DNA of 64,000 nt from Myxococcota bacterium (GTDB lineage Bacteria > Myxococcota_A > Polyangia > Nannocystales > Nannocystaceae). Where the stretch lies: the NCBI GenBank assembly GCA_039028615.1, contig JBCCHT010000005.1:160001-224000 (forward strand). Reading direction: 5' to 3'. Positions 40,502 to 50,133 of the stretch are shown here, piece after piece. The translations under genes were made by a program, and so were the position numbers. Numbering within the stretch: position 1 is the first letter of the stretch; each line of letters starts with the position of its first letter. The notes below the pieces were generated by a model. The model saw only the letters and a program-made list of their open reading frames with translations. It did no database searches and was not told the origin of the DNA.

Positions 40502-41665
40502 ATGGCTGTGAGGTCGGGTCCGGGGGGGAGGGCTCTGCGTTGGTGCGCATGGCTGGGTGGGGCGGCCTTGATGTCGCTTCTGTCCACGGTGGCCTTTGCC
40601 GCGGCACAGCCGGTCGCACCCTCGTCGGACACGGCTCCGTCGGAGGCGTCGACGTATCGCGTGGTGGTCTCGACTGATGTCGCGCCCGGTGACGAGTCGG
40701 AGCTGTCGCTGGCGCTGCAGAGCCAGCTGGTGGATCTACCGGTACAGCTCGAGATCGTAGCCGTACCCGCCGGGGACCCCAGCTTTACCGCCCGGAGCCG
40801 TCACGCTCGCCAGCTGGCCGCCGAGCGCGAGGTCGACTTGGTGGTGTGGTTTTCCTACGAGCCCGACCAGCGGATGTTCGTGTTCTTGTCAGAGCCGGGG
40901 CGCGGACGCACGCTGGTCCGCGAGCTGGGGGACGACGCCGTGCCGTCTCCGCACACGGTGGCGTTGTTGGTGCGCTCGGTGGTGGAGGCCTTGGTTCAAG
41001 GGGGGCGCATCGGGGTGGAGGTGCCCGAGCCCGAGCTCGAGCCGGAACCCGAACCCGAGCCCGAACCGGAAGCGAAGCCCGAGCCCATCGCGGTCGCGCC
41101 CCGCCGACCGTCCGTGCCGTTGTTGGCGTTGATCGGAGTCGGCTATCGCCCCACCGTCTTCTCCGCGTCCTACCCCGTGATGCACACGTTGACCCTAGGC
41201 GCCGAGCTACTGGTGGGTCGGCACGCAGCGGTCTTCGGGCGCGGCGGCGTGGGGATCCCGATCGAGCTGGGCACGGAGCTCGTCGACGTTCGGGTCCAGC
41301 CCTTCACCGCGCAGCTCGGAGGGCGGGGCCACGCTCGGCTCGGCCGATGGGAGCTGGGCGGTCGTTTCGGCGGCTTGGTCGAGATCCTGCGCCGCGAGGT
41401 GGTCGCCATCGATCCCGCCGTGCTCGTCGACGACGCGAGCACGCGGACTTTGGTCGCGCTCTCCCCGGGCATGGCGCTCGGCTGGTGGGCCCACCCACGG
41501 GTTCGGCTCGGACTCGAGGTGGGCGTCGACGCCCACATTCGTCCGCTCCAGCTCGTGGTGGCGGGGCCCTCCGGGGACGTGGTGGTGGCCGAAACCCTCG
41601 CGTGGCGGCCATGGGCGACGTTTCGTGTCGATGTTCAACCCGTTTCGAGCCGCGGCTCCCACTGA
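40502..41665 (+). CDS. Exported protein with PE-repeat linker and probable C-terminal beta-barrel
   Basis: Signal-like helix; (EP)n linker; alternating amphipathic strands; lies directly before an ECF/FecR pair; start uncertain. Confidence 0.65.
   Translation: MAVRSGPGGRALRWCAWLGGAALMSLLSTVAFAAAQPVAPSSDTAPSEASTYRVVVSTDVAPGDESELSLALQSQLVDLPVQLEIVAVPAGDPSFTARSRHARQLAAEREVDLVVWFSYEPDQRMFVFLSEPGRGRTLVRELGDDAVPSPHTVALLVRSVVEALVQGGRIGVEVPEPELEPEPEPEPEPEAKPEPIAVAPRRPSVPLLALIGVGYRPTVFSASYPVMHTLTLGAELLVGRHAAVFGRGGVGIPIELGTELVDVRVQPFTAQLGGRGHARLGRWELGGRFGGLVEILRREVVAIDPAVLVDDASTRTLVALSPGMALGWWAHPRVRLGLEVGVDAHIRPLQLVVAGPSGDVVVAETLAWRPWATFRVDVQPVSSRGSH
41636..41664 (+). promoter_or_regulatory. ECF promoter motif C, copy 2 (before the sigma gene, within the upstream gene's 3' end)
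   Basis: CAACCCGTTT-N14-CACTG. Confidence 0.65.
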
Positions 41666-41671
41666 GCGACT

Positions 41672-42286
41672 GTGGTGGACCCTTGCCCCGCGTCCGAGCC
41701 GAAGCTGTTCGGCTTTTCGTCCGAGCGGGCGCTGGCTGAAGCTGCGGCCGGGGGAGACCGGGCGGCGCGACGGGCCTTGGTCATGTGGCTGATGCCCACC
41801 GTGCGCAACTTGGCCCACTACGTGGCGCGGCAGGGCGGTGACCCCGAAGATCTGGCGCAGAGCGCTCTGGCCGAGGTCCTGCGGAACTTGCCCAACTTCC
41901 GTGCGGAGGGCAGCCTCGAGGGCTGGGCGCGGCGGGCCAGCGTGCGATGCATGTGGGCGAGCGTGCGAAAGGGGCGGGCGCGTCGAAAACGCGATGCCCG
42001 GTTCGGAGCCGATGCCCCCACCGTCGTGGCGCTCGATCCGGATCGAGAGGTCGATCGAGTGGCCGCGCGGCGACGCCTGGCCGAGCACCTGCAGGCCATC
42101 GAGCCCCGCAAGCGCATGGTGCTCGTGCTGCGGCTCGCCGAAGGCCTCTCCATCAAGGAGATCGCCGCCCGTGTCGACGCGCCGGTCGAGACGGTTCGGA
42201 CGCGGCTTCGCGTCGGCAAGAAGGAACTCACCGCCCGACTGGGCACCGACCCGGCCCTGGCCGGTTTCTACGAGGAGCGGAGCTGA
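41672..42286 (+). CDS. ECF sigma-70 factor
   Basis: EDLAQSAL, FRAEGSLEGW, GLSIKEIA..VETVRTRLRVGK. Confidence 0.9.
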   Translation: MVDPCPASEPKLFGFSSERALAEAAAGGDRAARRALVMWLMPTVRNLAHYVARQGGDPEDLAQSALAEVLRNLPNFRAEGSLEGWARRASVRCMWASVRKGRARRKRDARFGADAPTVVALDPDREVDRVAARRRLAEHLQAIEPRKRMVLVLRLAEGLSIKEIAARVDAPVETVRTRLRVGKKELTARLGTDPALAGFYEERS

Positions 42287-43626
42287 TGTCCGGGGCTGTG
42301 TCCGATCCCGATGCGCCGCCGATGGCGGACGAGGCGTGGCTGCGCGATCTCCTGGCGTCGGGGGAGGACGGCCCGGCTCCGGTCCTCGATGATCTGGCGA
42401 CGCGACGCTGGGTCGATGCGGTGCTCGAGCGGGCCGAGGCGGCGCCGGACGACGAGGAGGACGACGCAGAGACCGAAGCCGAGGATGCGCCCGTGCGGCG
42501 ACGCGGGGCGGTGTGGATCGGTGCTGCGGTGGCGGTGGCCATGGTCGCAGCGCTCCTGCTGGTCGTCCGCGGGGGCCTGTTGGGCGAGCCGACCTCGGCG
42601 CCGAGCGACGTGGCCCGCAGCGACACCGCGCCGCGATCCGAACCGATGACCCGGGTGCACGTCCCCCCGGGCGAGCCGCTGACGATGGAGCTTTCGCCCG
42701 ATGTCCAGCTCGAGCTGGGCGGGGGCTCGGTGGCCTCGGTGCAATCGCAGGCCAGCGAGGGGCTCGCGGTACAGCTGGACGAAGGCTGGGTCCGCGCCGA
42801 GGTGGTGCCGGGTTCGCAGCGGATCCCCTTCCGGGTGTCCACGCGACACGGCGAGGTCGAAGTGCTCGGGACCATCTTCGAGGTCGAGACCACGAGTGAG
42901 ACCACGGACGTTCGCGTCCGACGGGGGCGGGTACGGGTCACCGAGCGCAGCGGTGAGACGCATTTCGTCGAGGCGGGGCAGGGGATCAGCCTGGGAGCTC
43001 GGGTGCGTCGGCTGGCGGACGAAGTCCCCGCGGCGGTCGAGCCCGAGACCGACCCGGTGCCCGCGCCCACGACGGCCGAGCCCGAGCCGACGCCGAGTGC
43101 ACGCACCGCGGCCGCGGCCCTGGATGCCGGTCAGCTCATGGCCCGAGCCGCCCGCGCTCGAGCGGCCAAGCGATGGCGGGCCGCAGCCGACGACTTGAGC
43201 CGAGTGCGGCGTCGGTTTCCCGACGATCCTTCCGCCTGTCCTGCGCGGCTCGCCGAGGCCGAGATCCGACTCGATCACCTGCACCAGGGCGCCAAGGCGC
43301 TCTCGCTGTTCGATGCCTACCTCGCCCGATGCGGTAGCGCGCTGCGGCCCGAAGCTCGCTACGGTCGCGCCCGGGCGCTGCGGCGCATGGGGAAGCAAGG
43401 CCGAGAGCGCGCGGCGCTGCTCGAGTTCACCAAGGCCCACCCGAGCAGCGTGCACATGGCGGCGGCGCGGCTGAGGCTGGCCGACCTTCATCGCGCCGAC
43501 GGTCAGTGTGCGCGAGCGATGCCGATCTATCGCAAGCTGATCGCGCAACGGCCGGGCTCGCGCATCATGGATGCGGCCAAGGCTGGGCTCGGGGCCTGCG
43601 AAGGCAGCGGGGCGCCCTCGAACTAG
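42286..43626 (+). CDS. FecR-domain anti-sigma factor with C-terminal TPRs
   Basis: TGATG overlap; TM helix; FRVSTRHGEVEVLGTIFEV..VRVRRGRVRV FecR motif; TPR-like helices. Confidence 0.85.
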   Translation: MSGAVSDPDAPPMADEAWLRDLLASGEDGPAPVLDDLATRRWVDAVLERAEAAPDDEEDDAETEAEDAPVRRRGAVWIGAAVAVAMVAALLLVVRGGLLGEPTSAPSDVARSDTAPRSEPMTRVHVPPGEPLTMELSPDVQLELGGGSVASVQSQASEGLAVQLDEGWVRAEVVPGSQRIPFRVSTRHGEVEVLGTIFEVETTSETTDVRVRRGRVRVTERSGETHFVEAGQGISLGARVRRLADEVPAAVEPETDPVPAPTTAEPEPTPSARTAAAALDAGQLMARAARARAAKRWRAAADDLSRVRRRFPDDPSACPARLAEAEIRLDHLHQGAKALSLFDAYLARCGSALRPEARYGRARALRRMGKQGRERAALLEFTKAHPSSVHMAAARLRLADLHRADGQCARAMPIYRKLIAQRPGSRIMDAAKAGLGACEGSGAPSN

Positions 43627-43718
43627 CGGGCCCGCGTCGGGGATGCCGCCACGTCGATCGGCGCGCGATGTTGCTGGTGCCCCGCAGGCGGCTCGGATAC
43701 CGTGGAGTCCGCTCGCCC

Positions 43719-45167
43719 ATGCGTTCGTCCTCGCTTCGCTCGTCGTGTCTCGTGACGCTGGCCGCGACCGCCTTCGTGGCGCCCGCGGTGGCGATGGCCA
43801 ACGGGAACGTGTCGCATCAGTGGGTCTCCCGGACCGCCATCGAAAGCACCCCGAGCGAGGGCTCGCTCGCCGATCTCGTCGGTGATCCCGACCTTCAGCC
43901 GCTCATCGACGGGGGCACGATGTTCCCCGACTGGGGCTACACCCCGGGGGCGACCTCCGAGGAGCGCGATGCGGGCGAGGCCTCCCACTGGGAGCCGGTC
44001 CAGGACGCCTATCGCCAGTGGATCCTCGCCAACTATGCGCCGCCTTGGTCGGACGAGGCTCGCCAACACCTGGCGTTCTACTTCGGCATGACCTCGCACG
44101 GCATGGCCGACCAGAGCTACGACGCGATGTTCTTCGAGCGCTCGCGGTTCTATCAGGGCGGCGATCACGGCGAGTTCGACCAGGACAGCGACGTGCTGTG
44201 GGCGGCCACCACCGGTCCCGCGGCGGTGCCCGAGACCTGGACGCCCGCGTCGCCGTTGCTCGAGCTGTTTCAGGCCCTGGTCGGGGTGACGATCGACGAG
44301 CGCAGCATGACCCAGCAGCTGGGGTTCGTGGCGGTGGCCATCGGGGCGGTCAACGTGTTGGCCGAAGACCCGGCGCAGGTCGCCTCGGCGGAGGCCGACT
44401 TCCCGTGGGCGGCCGAGCACGACGATGACCCGCTGACCCCCGGCAACCCGCCGCACGAGGCGGAAATCGTGCGCCGCTACTGGCGGAGCAACTGGGCGCT
44501 CTTCCACGGGGACGAGGTGCCGCGCCCCGTGCTGTGGACTCATCCCGCCGACGGCGGATCCGGGCACGGCACCGATCCGGCGTCGATCGAGTCGTGGATC
44601 TCGATCGTGTTCGCGCGCGGGTTGTTCAGCCCCGAGCTGGACGCAAGTCGGTTCCACGTGGTCGACAGCTCGGGAGCAGAGGTCCCGATCACCATCGACC
44701 TATTCTACGGCAACGAGTCCCATGTGCTGCACGTGCGGCCCGAGGAGGCGCTGCTGGCCGACGAGGTCTACGTGGTCACCGTGGACGCCGGGATCGAGAC
44801 GATCCACGGCGAGCTTCTCGAGGGCTGGGACTTCGCGTTCTCCACCGGAGATCGGGCCCCGGATCCGCTCCACGACGACGGCTTCTGGGACGAGCCCGAT
44901 CCCTACGGGGACGAGGACCCGGGCACGGGCGGATCGGATGATGCCGGGGTTACGGGCACGGATACGGGAGAGGGGCTCGACGACTCCGCGACCGGCAACG
45001 GTGGGGGCACGACCGTCGACCCGACCACGGCCACGGAGGGCGTACGGGCCCGTGGAGCGACGTCTTCGTGCGCCTGTACGCACGGCGAGGGCTTCGGTCG
45101 CCGCGACGTCGGAGGCCTCGCCCTGTTCGGCTTGATGTTGTTGGGGTGGGCCCGCCGACGTCCGTGA
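43719..45167 (+). CDS. Zn-dependent phospholipase (GPI-PLD-like N-terminal domain) with Ig-like domain and MYXO-CTERM-like tail
   Basis: NGNVSH, GTMFPDWGY, EASHW, FGMTSHGMAD; HPADG..YVVTV..FAFSTG Ig-like (Big_5) domain; CAC-TM-RRR tail. Confidence 0.75.
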   Translation: MRSSSLRSSCLVTLAATAFVAPAVAMANGNVSHQWVSRTAIESTPSEGSLADLVGDPDLQPLIDGGTMFPDWGYTPGATSEERDAGEASHWEPVQDAYRQWILANYAPPWSDEARQHLAFYFGMTSHGMADQSYDAMFFERSRFYQGGDHGEFDQDSDVLWAATTGPAAVPETWTPASPLLELFQALVGVTIDERSMTQQLGFVAVAIGAVNVLAEDPAQVASAEADFPWAAEHDDDPLTPGNPPHEAEIVRRYWRSNWALFHGDEVPRPVLWTHPADGGSGHGTDPASIESWISIVFARGLFSPELDASRFHVVDSSGAEVPITIDLFYGNESHVLHVRPEEALLADEVYVVTVDAGIETIHGELLEGWDFAFSTGDRAPDPLHDDGFWDEPDPYGDEDPGTGGSDDAGVTGTDTGEGLDDSATGNGGGTTVDPTTATEGVRARGATSSCACTHGEGFGRRDVGGLALFGLMLLGWARRRP

Positions 45168-45274
45168 CGAGCCCGGGCCGGGCGCGGCTTTTGCTCGTCG
45201 TGTGACTCCCGATACCGGCTCGACCCTTCATCTTTCGCAACACACCGCGCGGGCGTCGTCGCTAGCGTTGTCGC

Positions 45275-46453
45275 GTGCGCATCTCGATCCGAACGCCTCT
45301 GTCCGTATCCCTCGTTGCTGCCGCGGCATCGATGATGCTGTCGGCCTCGCCGGCTCACGCGGCAGACCCCGACGATCACCATGGCGTGGTCGGGGGATCG
45401 ACCACCGAGACCTGCGGCTGGCCCACCACGCTGTCCACGGGGGGCTGTACCGCGACGCTGATCCACCCGCGAGCCATCTCCACCGCGCAGCACTGCGGCC
45501 AGCCCAACAGCGCGACCTTCACCTCGGGCAGCGGCGGGGGTCAGACGGTGGGCGTGCTCGGGTGCGTCAACACCAACAGCGAGGACGCGATGATCTGCGA
45601 GCTCGCCGAAGAGGTGACCCAGGTGCCGATCACCCCGGTGACCTACGGCTGCGAGCTCGAAGAGCTGGTCCAGGTGGGCGCGGATGTGATCGTCGCCGGC
45701 TTCGGCGAGACCGGCTTCGGCAACGGCGACTTCGGGACCAAGCGCTGGATCGCCCAGACGATCACGTCGGTCGAGGCCGGCCGGGTCATCATCGGCAACC
45801 CGGGCGATCCCACGTCGCGGTGTGCGGGGGACTCGGGCGGTCCCGTCTACGTGCAAGGCCCGGAAGGCGGCTGGCGCGTCATCGGGACCCTGCTCGGCGG
45901 AACCACGGGGATCCCGTGCAACTCGGCTGCGCAATACCATCGGCTCGACCCGGTGGTACCGCACTTCGAGCAGGCGACCGGCATCGACATCACGCCGTGC
46001 TTCGACGGGCAGACCGGCGAGTGGGATCCGACCCCGGAGTGCGGCGGCTTCTTCTCGGGGGATCACACGGGCTCGGGAAGCTGGGCCGACTGGTGCCCGG
46101 ACGCCCCCGCGGCGGGCTACAGCAACGCGTGCGGTGAGGCCTACGGCGGGGGTGGAGACACGGGGGGCGACGAGACCGGGGGCGACGAGACCGGGGGCGA
46201 CGACGACGGCCTGACCACGGGCGGCCCGAACGGCGACGACGGCGGGGCGACCGGCGTCGACGATGATGGCCCGGTGGGCTCCGACGAGGGCGCAACGGAC
46301 GCTCCGGGCGGTACGGGGGAGACCGACGGAGCGATGGCCGAAGGCGATACTGGCGACGCGGGGTGCAGCTGCTCGAGCCAGGGCACGGGCGGCAGCGCAG
46401 CCTGGGCGCTCGTGGTGCTGGGGGCCTTTGTTCGTCGTCGTCGCAGGGCGTAG
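45275..46453 (+). CDS. Trypsin-like serine protease with MYXO-CTERM-like tail
   Basis: VVGG, TAQHC, GDSGGP; GCSC-TM-RRRRR; GGDET repeats in the linker. Confidence 0.9.
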   Translation: MRISIRTPLSVSLVAAAASMMLSASPAHAADPDDHHGVVGGSTTETCGWPTTLSTGGCTATLIHPRAISTAQHCGQPNSATFTSGSGGGQTVGVLGCVNTNSEDAMICELAEEVTQVPITPVTYGCELEELVQVGADVIVAGFGETGFGNGDFGTKRWIAQTITSVEAGRVIIGNPGDPTSRCAGDSGGPVYVQGPEGGWRVIGTLLGGTTGIPCNSAAQYHRLDPVVPHFEQATGIDITPCFDGQTGEWDPTPECGGFFSGDHTGSGSWADWCPDAPAAGYSNACGEAYGGGGDTGGDETGGDETGGDDDGLTTGGPNGDDGGATGVDDDGPVGSDEGATDAPGGTGETDGAMAEGDTGDAGCSCSSQGTGGSAAWALVVLGAFVRRRRRA

Positions 46454-46459
46454 AGTCGA

Positions 46460-47185
46460 ATGACGATGGTGGGCATCTCGGTACCGGCGAAGAGTCGCGA
46501 CTCGATCAGCATCTTGTTGGTGGAGGACGACGATCGCCTGGCCAAGCTCACGGGGCGATACCTGCAGAACAACGCGTGTCGGGTCACCCTGGCGCGCACC
46601 GTGGGCGAGGCCACCGATGCCCTGCGGGCCGAGGAGTTCGACACCATCTTGCTGGACCTGATGCTGCCCGACGGCGACGGCCTCGACTTGTGTCGGAAGA
46701 TCCGGCAGCAGACGGAGGCCCCGATCATCATCGTGACGGCGCGCGGCGGGCCCTGGGACCGAGTGCGCGGCTTCGACTACGGCGCAGACGACTACGTCAC
46801 CAAGCCCTTCGGTCCGCCCGAGTTGCTCGCGCGCATCCGGGCCCGCGTGCGGCGTCGTCGGGGGCAGCTCGGTCCGGCGCAGGGGCGGCTGGAGCTCGGT
46901 GATCTTCGCTTGGTGAGATCGGAGCAGGCGGTCTCGGTCGGGGACACGGCGGTGGTGCTCACCGCCCACGAGTTTCACCTGCTGTGGTCGTTGGCGCTGC
47001 GGTCGGGCACGGCGTTGCGTCGCGAGCAGCTGGTGCACGGCACCGAGCTGTCCGAGCGCACCGTCGACGTTCACATCTCGCGCATCCGAGCCAAGCTCGC
47101 CAAGGCGGGGGAGGGGGCCGACGTGCCTCCGATCCGCACCGTACGGGGCATCGGCTACATGCTCGCCCACAACCCACCCGCGTGA
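46460..47185 (+). CDS. OmpR-family response regulator
   Basis: LLVEDD, LDLMLPDGDG, GADDYVTKPF, RTVDVHISRIR, IRTVRGIGY. Confidence 0.95.
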   Translation: MTMVGISVPAKSRDSISILLVEDDDRLAKLTGRYLQNNACRVTLARTVGEATDALRAEEFDTILLDLMLPDGDGLDLCRKIRQQTEAPIIIVTARGGPWDRVRGFDYGADDYVTKPFGPPELLARIRARVRRRRGQLGPAQGRLELGDLRLVRSEQAVSVGDTAVVLTAHEFHLLWSLALRSGTALRREQLVHGTELSERTVDVHISRIRAKLAKAGEGADVPPIRTVRGIGYMLAHNPPA

Positions 47186-48579
47186 CCGTGGCCGGCCTGC
47201 CTCAGCACGGAATTCGGCTCCGGTGGCGGATCTTCGGGTTCGCGATCCTGCTCTTTGGTGGGCTGACGCTCTCGCTGGCGCTGCTGCTGTCGAGCCTGAG
47301 CCCGGGCCCGGAGGCGCACGAGGCACTCGCCCGCTACGTGGGGCACGGGCTGGTTCGCGGGTACGCGCAACGAGGGGACGCCGGCGTGGACGAAGAGGTG
47401 CAGCGCTTGCCCTCGATCTTCGCGAGCGGCGTCGCGCTGCACGACCCCGAGGGCACCCATCTCGGGGGGACGCCGATTCAGCCGCCCTTGCCCGCGGACC
47501 TGCAGGCCCTGCGTCGCGACGGTGTCGCGGTCTACGGCGACGAGCAGGTCACCTTGGCGGTGATGATCGAGGAGGCGGGACAAAGCGTTGGCATCGCCAC
47601 CTTTCATCCCGTGCACGAGCCGCGGCCGTGGTGGCATCACATCGTGTACTGGTCGTTTGCCGCCTTGGTGACGGCGGCGGCCTCGTTCCTCTTTGCCCGG
47701 CACCTGGCCCGCCCGCTCGAAGCGCTGAGCGAGGTCGCGACGCGACTGGGGCGCGGAGAGCTCGATGCCCGCATGGGCTCGGCCCGCCTGCGCCCCAGCC
47801 AGGAGACCGCGCAGCTGGTCGCGTCTTTCGACGAGATGGCCGAGCGCATCGGGGCGCTGGTCGACGAACAACAGCAGCTGCTGGCCAACATCTCGCACGA
47901 GCTCCGCACGCCGCTGGCCCGCCTGCGCGTAGCCGCCGAGCTGGCCCGGCAGGGTGATACCAGCGCGCTGGAGAACCTCGACGAGGATGTCTCCGAGCTC
48001 GATCACCTGGTGGCGCAGGTGCTGACCTTGACTCGCCTCGACCTGGGCGACAAACCGCAGGACAAGGTCGCCGAGCGCATGCGACCCGAGCGCTTGGCCG
48101 TGGATCAGCTACTGAAGGGCGTCGTAGACCGCTTTCGGCGGGCGCACCCACGGCGAACCGTGCACGGCACACAGAAGCTGCCCGTGCTCGAGGCTCGAGT
48201 CGATCGAGAGCTGGTGAGCCAGGCGGTGAGCAACTTGCTGGAGAACGCGGACAAGTACAGCCCTCCCTCGCAGCCGATCCGCCTGGGCCTGCGGCGCCAC
48301 GGCGCGATGATCGAGATCGAAGTCGAGGACGAAGGCGAGGGCATCGACCGCGAAGAACTCCCGCACGTGCTGGTGCCGTTTTATCGGGGGGCGGCGGCGC
48401 GCCGATCCGGTCGGCCCGGTCACGGCTTGGGCCTGTGCCTGGTCGACCGAGTCGCACGGGCTCACGGAGGTTCGGTGAAGCTGCAGTCCAGCGAGCGTGG
48501 CGGCACGGTAGCGACGGTGAGCTTGGCTACCGACAATGAAGCGGCGACTCAAGCTTTCGCAACCAAGGTTCGATCGTGA
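47182..48579 (+). CDS. HAMP sensor histidine kinase
   Basis: Two TMs, HAMP, ISHELRTPLARL, NLLENADKYS, DEGEG, GLGL; GTGA overlap with the regulator. Confidence 0.95.
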   Translation: MTVAGLPQHGIRLRWRIFGFAILLFGGLTLSLALLLSSLSPGPEAHEALARYVGHGLVRGYAQRGDAGVDEEVQRLPSIFASGVALHDPEGTHLGGTPIQPPLPADLQALRRDGVAVYGDEQVTLAVMIEEAGQSVGIATFHPVHEPRPWWHHIVYWSFAALVTAAASFLFARHLARPLEALSEVATRLGRGELDARMGSARLRPSQETAQLVASFDEMAERIGALVDEQQQLLANISHELRTPLARLRVAAELARQGDTSALENLDEDVSELDHLVAQVLTLTRLDLGDKPQDKVAERMRPERLAVDQLLKGVVDRFRRAHPRRTVHGTQKLPVLEARVDRELVSQAVSNLLENADKYSPPSQPIRLGLRRHGAMIEIEVEDEGEGIDREELPHVLVPFYRGAAARRSGRPGHGLGLCLVDRVARAHGGSVKLQSSERGGTVATVSLATDNEAATQAFATKVRS

Positions 48580-48597
48580 CTTGCTAACCCCACCAGG

Positions 48598-50121
48598 GTG
48601 ACACGTCGACTTCCTCTTTCGTTTCTCGGTGCGGCGTTGCTCGTCTCGACGGCGGGCGCGCCTGCGAGTGCGTCGCCCACCGTCGGGTCTCCTCCGAGGG
48701 TCGACTACTCGGGGCATGCCTCGGTGCTGGTCACGGTCTCCGATTCGGCGCAGCGTGCCTGGCTCGAGACCCACGCGCGGCTCGTGGACGACCACGGGGG
48801 CACGGCGGTGCTCGCCGTGATCGAGCGGGGTCGCCTGCTGTCGCTCTTGGAGCAGGGCCTGAGCTTCGAGGTGCGGGAACACGACATCCAGCGGGCCATC
48901 GATCGTGTGTATGGCGACGCGCCCGTACCTGCCCGCTGGGGGCCGTTCTTCACCGATTTCGCCACCAACGAGCAGATGAGGGCGTTCGTCGACGGCCTGG
49001 GCGAGCACGAAGGAGCGAGCGTCACCGACTACGGCAGCTCGGTCGAGGGGCGTCCGCTCCAGGCGCTGCTCGTCGGGGATGGCTCGCAACCCACCGTGGC
49101 CGTGCTGGGGACGCAGCACGCACGCGAGTGGATTTCTCCGATGGTGACCGGCTGCCTCGCCCAGGCGTTCGCGAGCGCCGAGGACCCGGCTGTGGCCGAG
49201 CTCGTCGAGCGCCTGGATTTCGTGTTCGTGCCCATCGTCAACCCCGATGGCTACGCGTACTCGCACCAGGTCGATCGGCTGTGGCGAAAGAACCGACGCA
49301 ACGGTCACGGGGTCGACCTCAACCGCAATTGGGACGTGCACTGGGGGCTGGGCACGGCGGGGGCCGGCGTCGGCAGTGAGGCCTACCCGGGCACGGCAGC
49401 CTTCTCGGAGCCGGAGACGGCCGCCATCGCGGAGCTGCTGTCCGATCGCGAGCTCGTCGGGTTCTTCGACTATCACTCGCCCATCGCGGTCGTGCTCTAT
49501 CCCTTCGCGTTCACGTCGACGCCGAGTCCCGAGGAGGAGCGCGAGCTCTCATGGGGGCAGGCGATGGCCGACGCCATCGGAGCGGTGCACGGGGTGACCC
49601 ACGGCGTGACCAAGCCGGGGCAGGGCAACCCTTCGGGGGGCTTGGCGCAGGACTGGGCGCTCGATGATCGCGGCGCTCTGGCGTGGACGATGGAGCTGCG
49701 CGGGGGTAACGGCGGGGGCGGGTTCATCATCGATGCCAGCGAGATCGGGCCCGCATGCGACGAGAACCTGGCCGGCTTCATCGAAGGCGTGTCGCGCATC
49801 GCCGACGAGTTCGGTGAGGACCCCGCACCACCGCCGACCGGCACCTCGGGAGCAGCGGACTCGGGAGGCGACGACGGGACCGACCCGGACGAGTCGGGCG
49901 ATGGATCACCCGGGGCTACGGACGGCAGCGAGCCGGGCACGGGCGGCACGGCATCGGAGGAGGACGACGACGGCGCCGATCTGCCCACGTCGACCGCGGA
50001 TGCAGGTGCGATGGGTGGGGGCGTCGACGGTTGTGCTTGCCGCACCCGCGGCGCCACGGGTTACGCGGGCGCCTGGGTGCTGCTCGGCCTGCTGTTCGCC
50101 CGACGTCGCCGGACGCTCTGA
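48598..50121 (+). CDS. M14 zinc carboxypeptidase with MYXO-CTERM-like tail
   Basis: HAREW, NPDGY, WRKNR, GVDLNRNW, DYHS, ELRG; GCAC-TM-RRRR. Confidence 0.92.
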   Translation: MTRRLPLSFLGAALLVSTAGAPASASPTVGSPPRVDYSGHASVLVTVSDSAQRAWLETHARLVDDHGGTAVLAVIERGRLLSLLEQGLSFEVREHDIQRAIDRVYGDAPVPARWGPFFTDFATNEQMRAFVDGLGEHEGASVTDYGSSVEGRPLQALLVGDGSQPTVAVLGTQHAREWISPMVTGCLAQAFASAEDPAVAELVERLDFVFVPIVNPDGYAYSHQVDRLWRKNRRNGHGVDLNRNWDVHWGLGTAGAGVGSEAYPGTAAFSEPETAAIAELLSDRELVGFFDYHSPIAVVLYPFAFTSTPSPEEERELSWGQAMADAIGAVHGVTHGVTKPGQGNPSGGLAQDWALDDRGALAWTMELRGGNGGGGFIIDASEIGPACDENLAGFIEGVSRIADEFGEDPAPPPTGTSGAADSGGDDGTDPDESGDGSPGATDGSEPGTGGTASEEDDDGADLPTSTADAGAMGGGVDGCACRTRGATGYAGAWVLLGLLFARRRRTL

Positions 50122-50133
50122 CGGGACCTGGCC

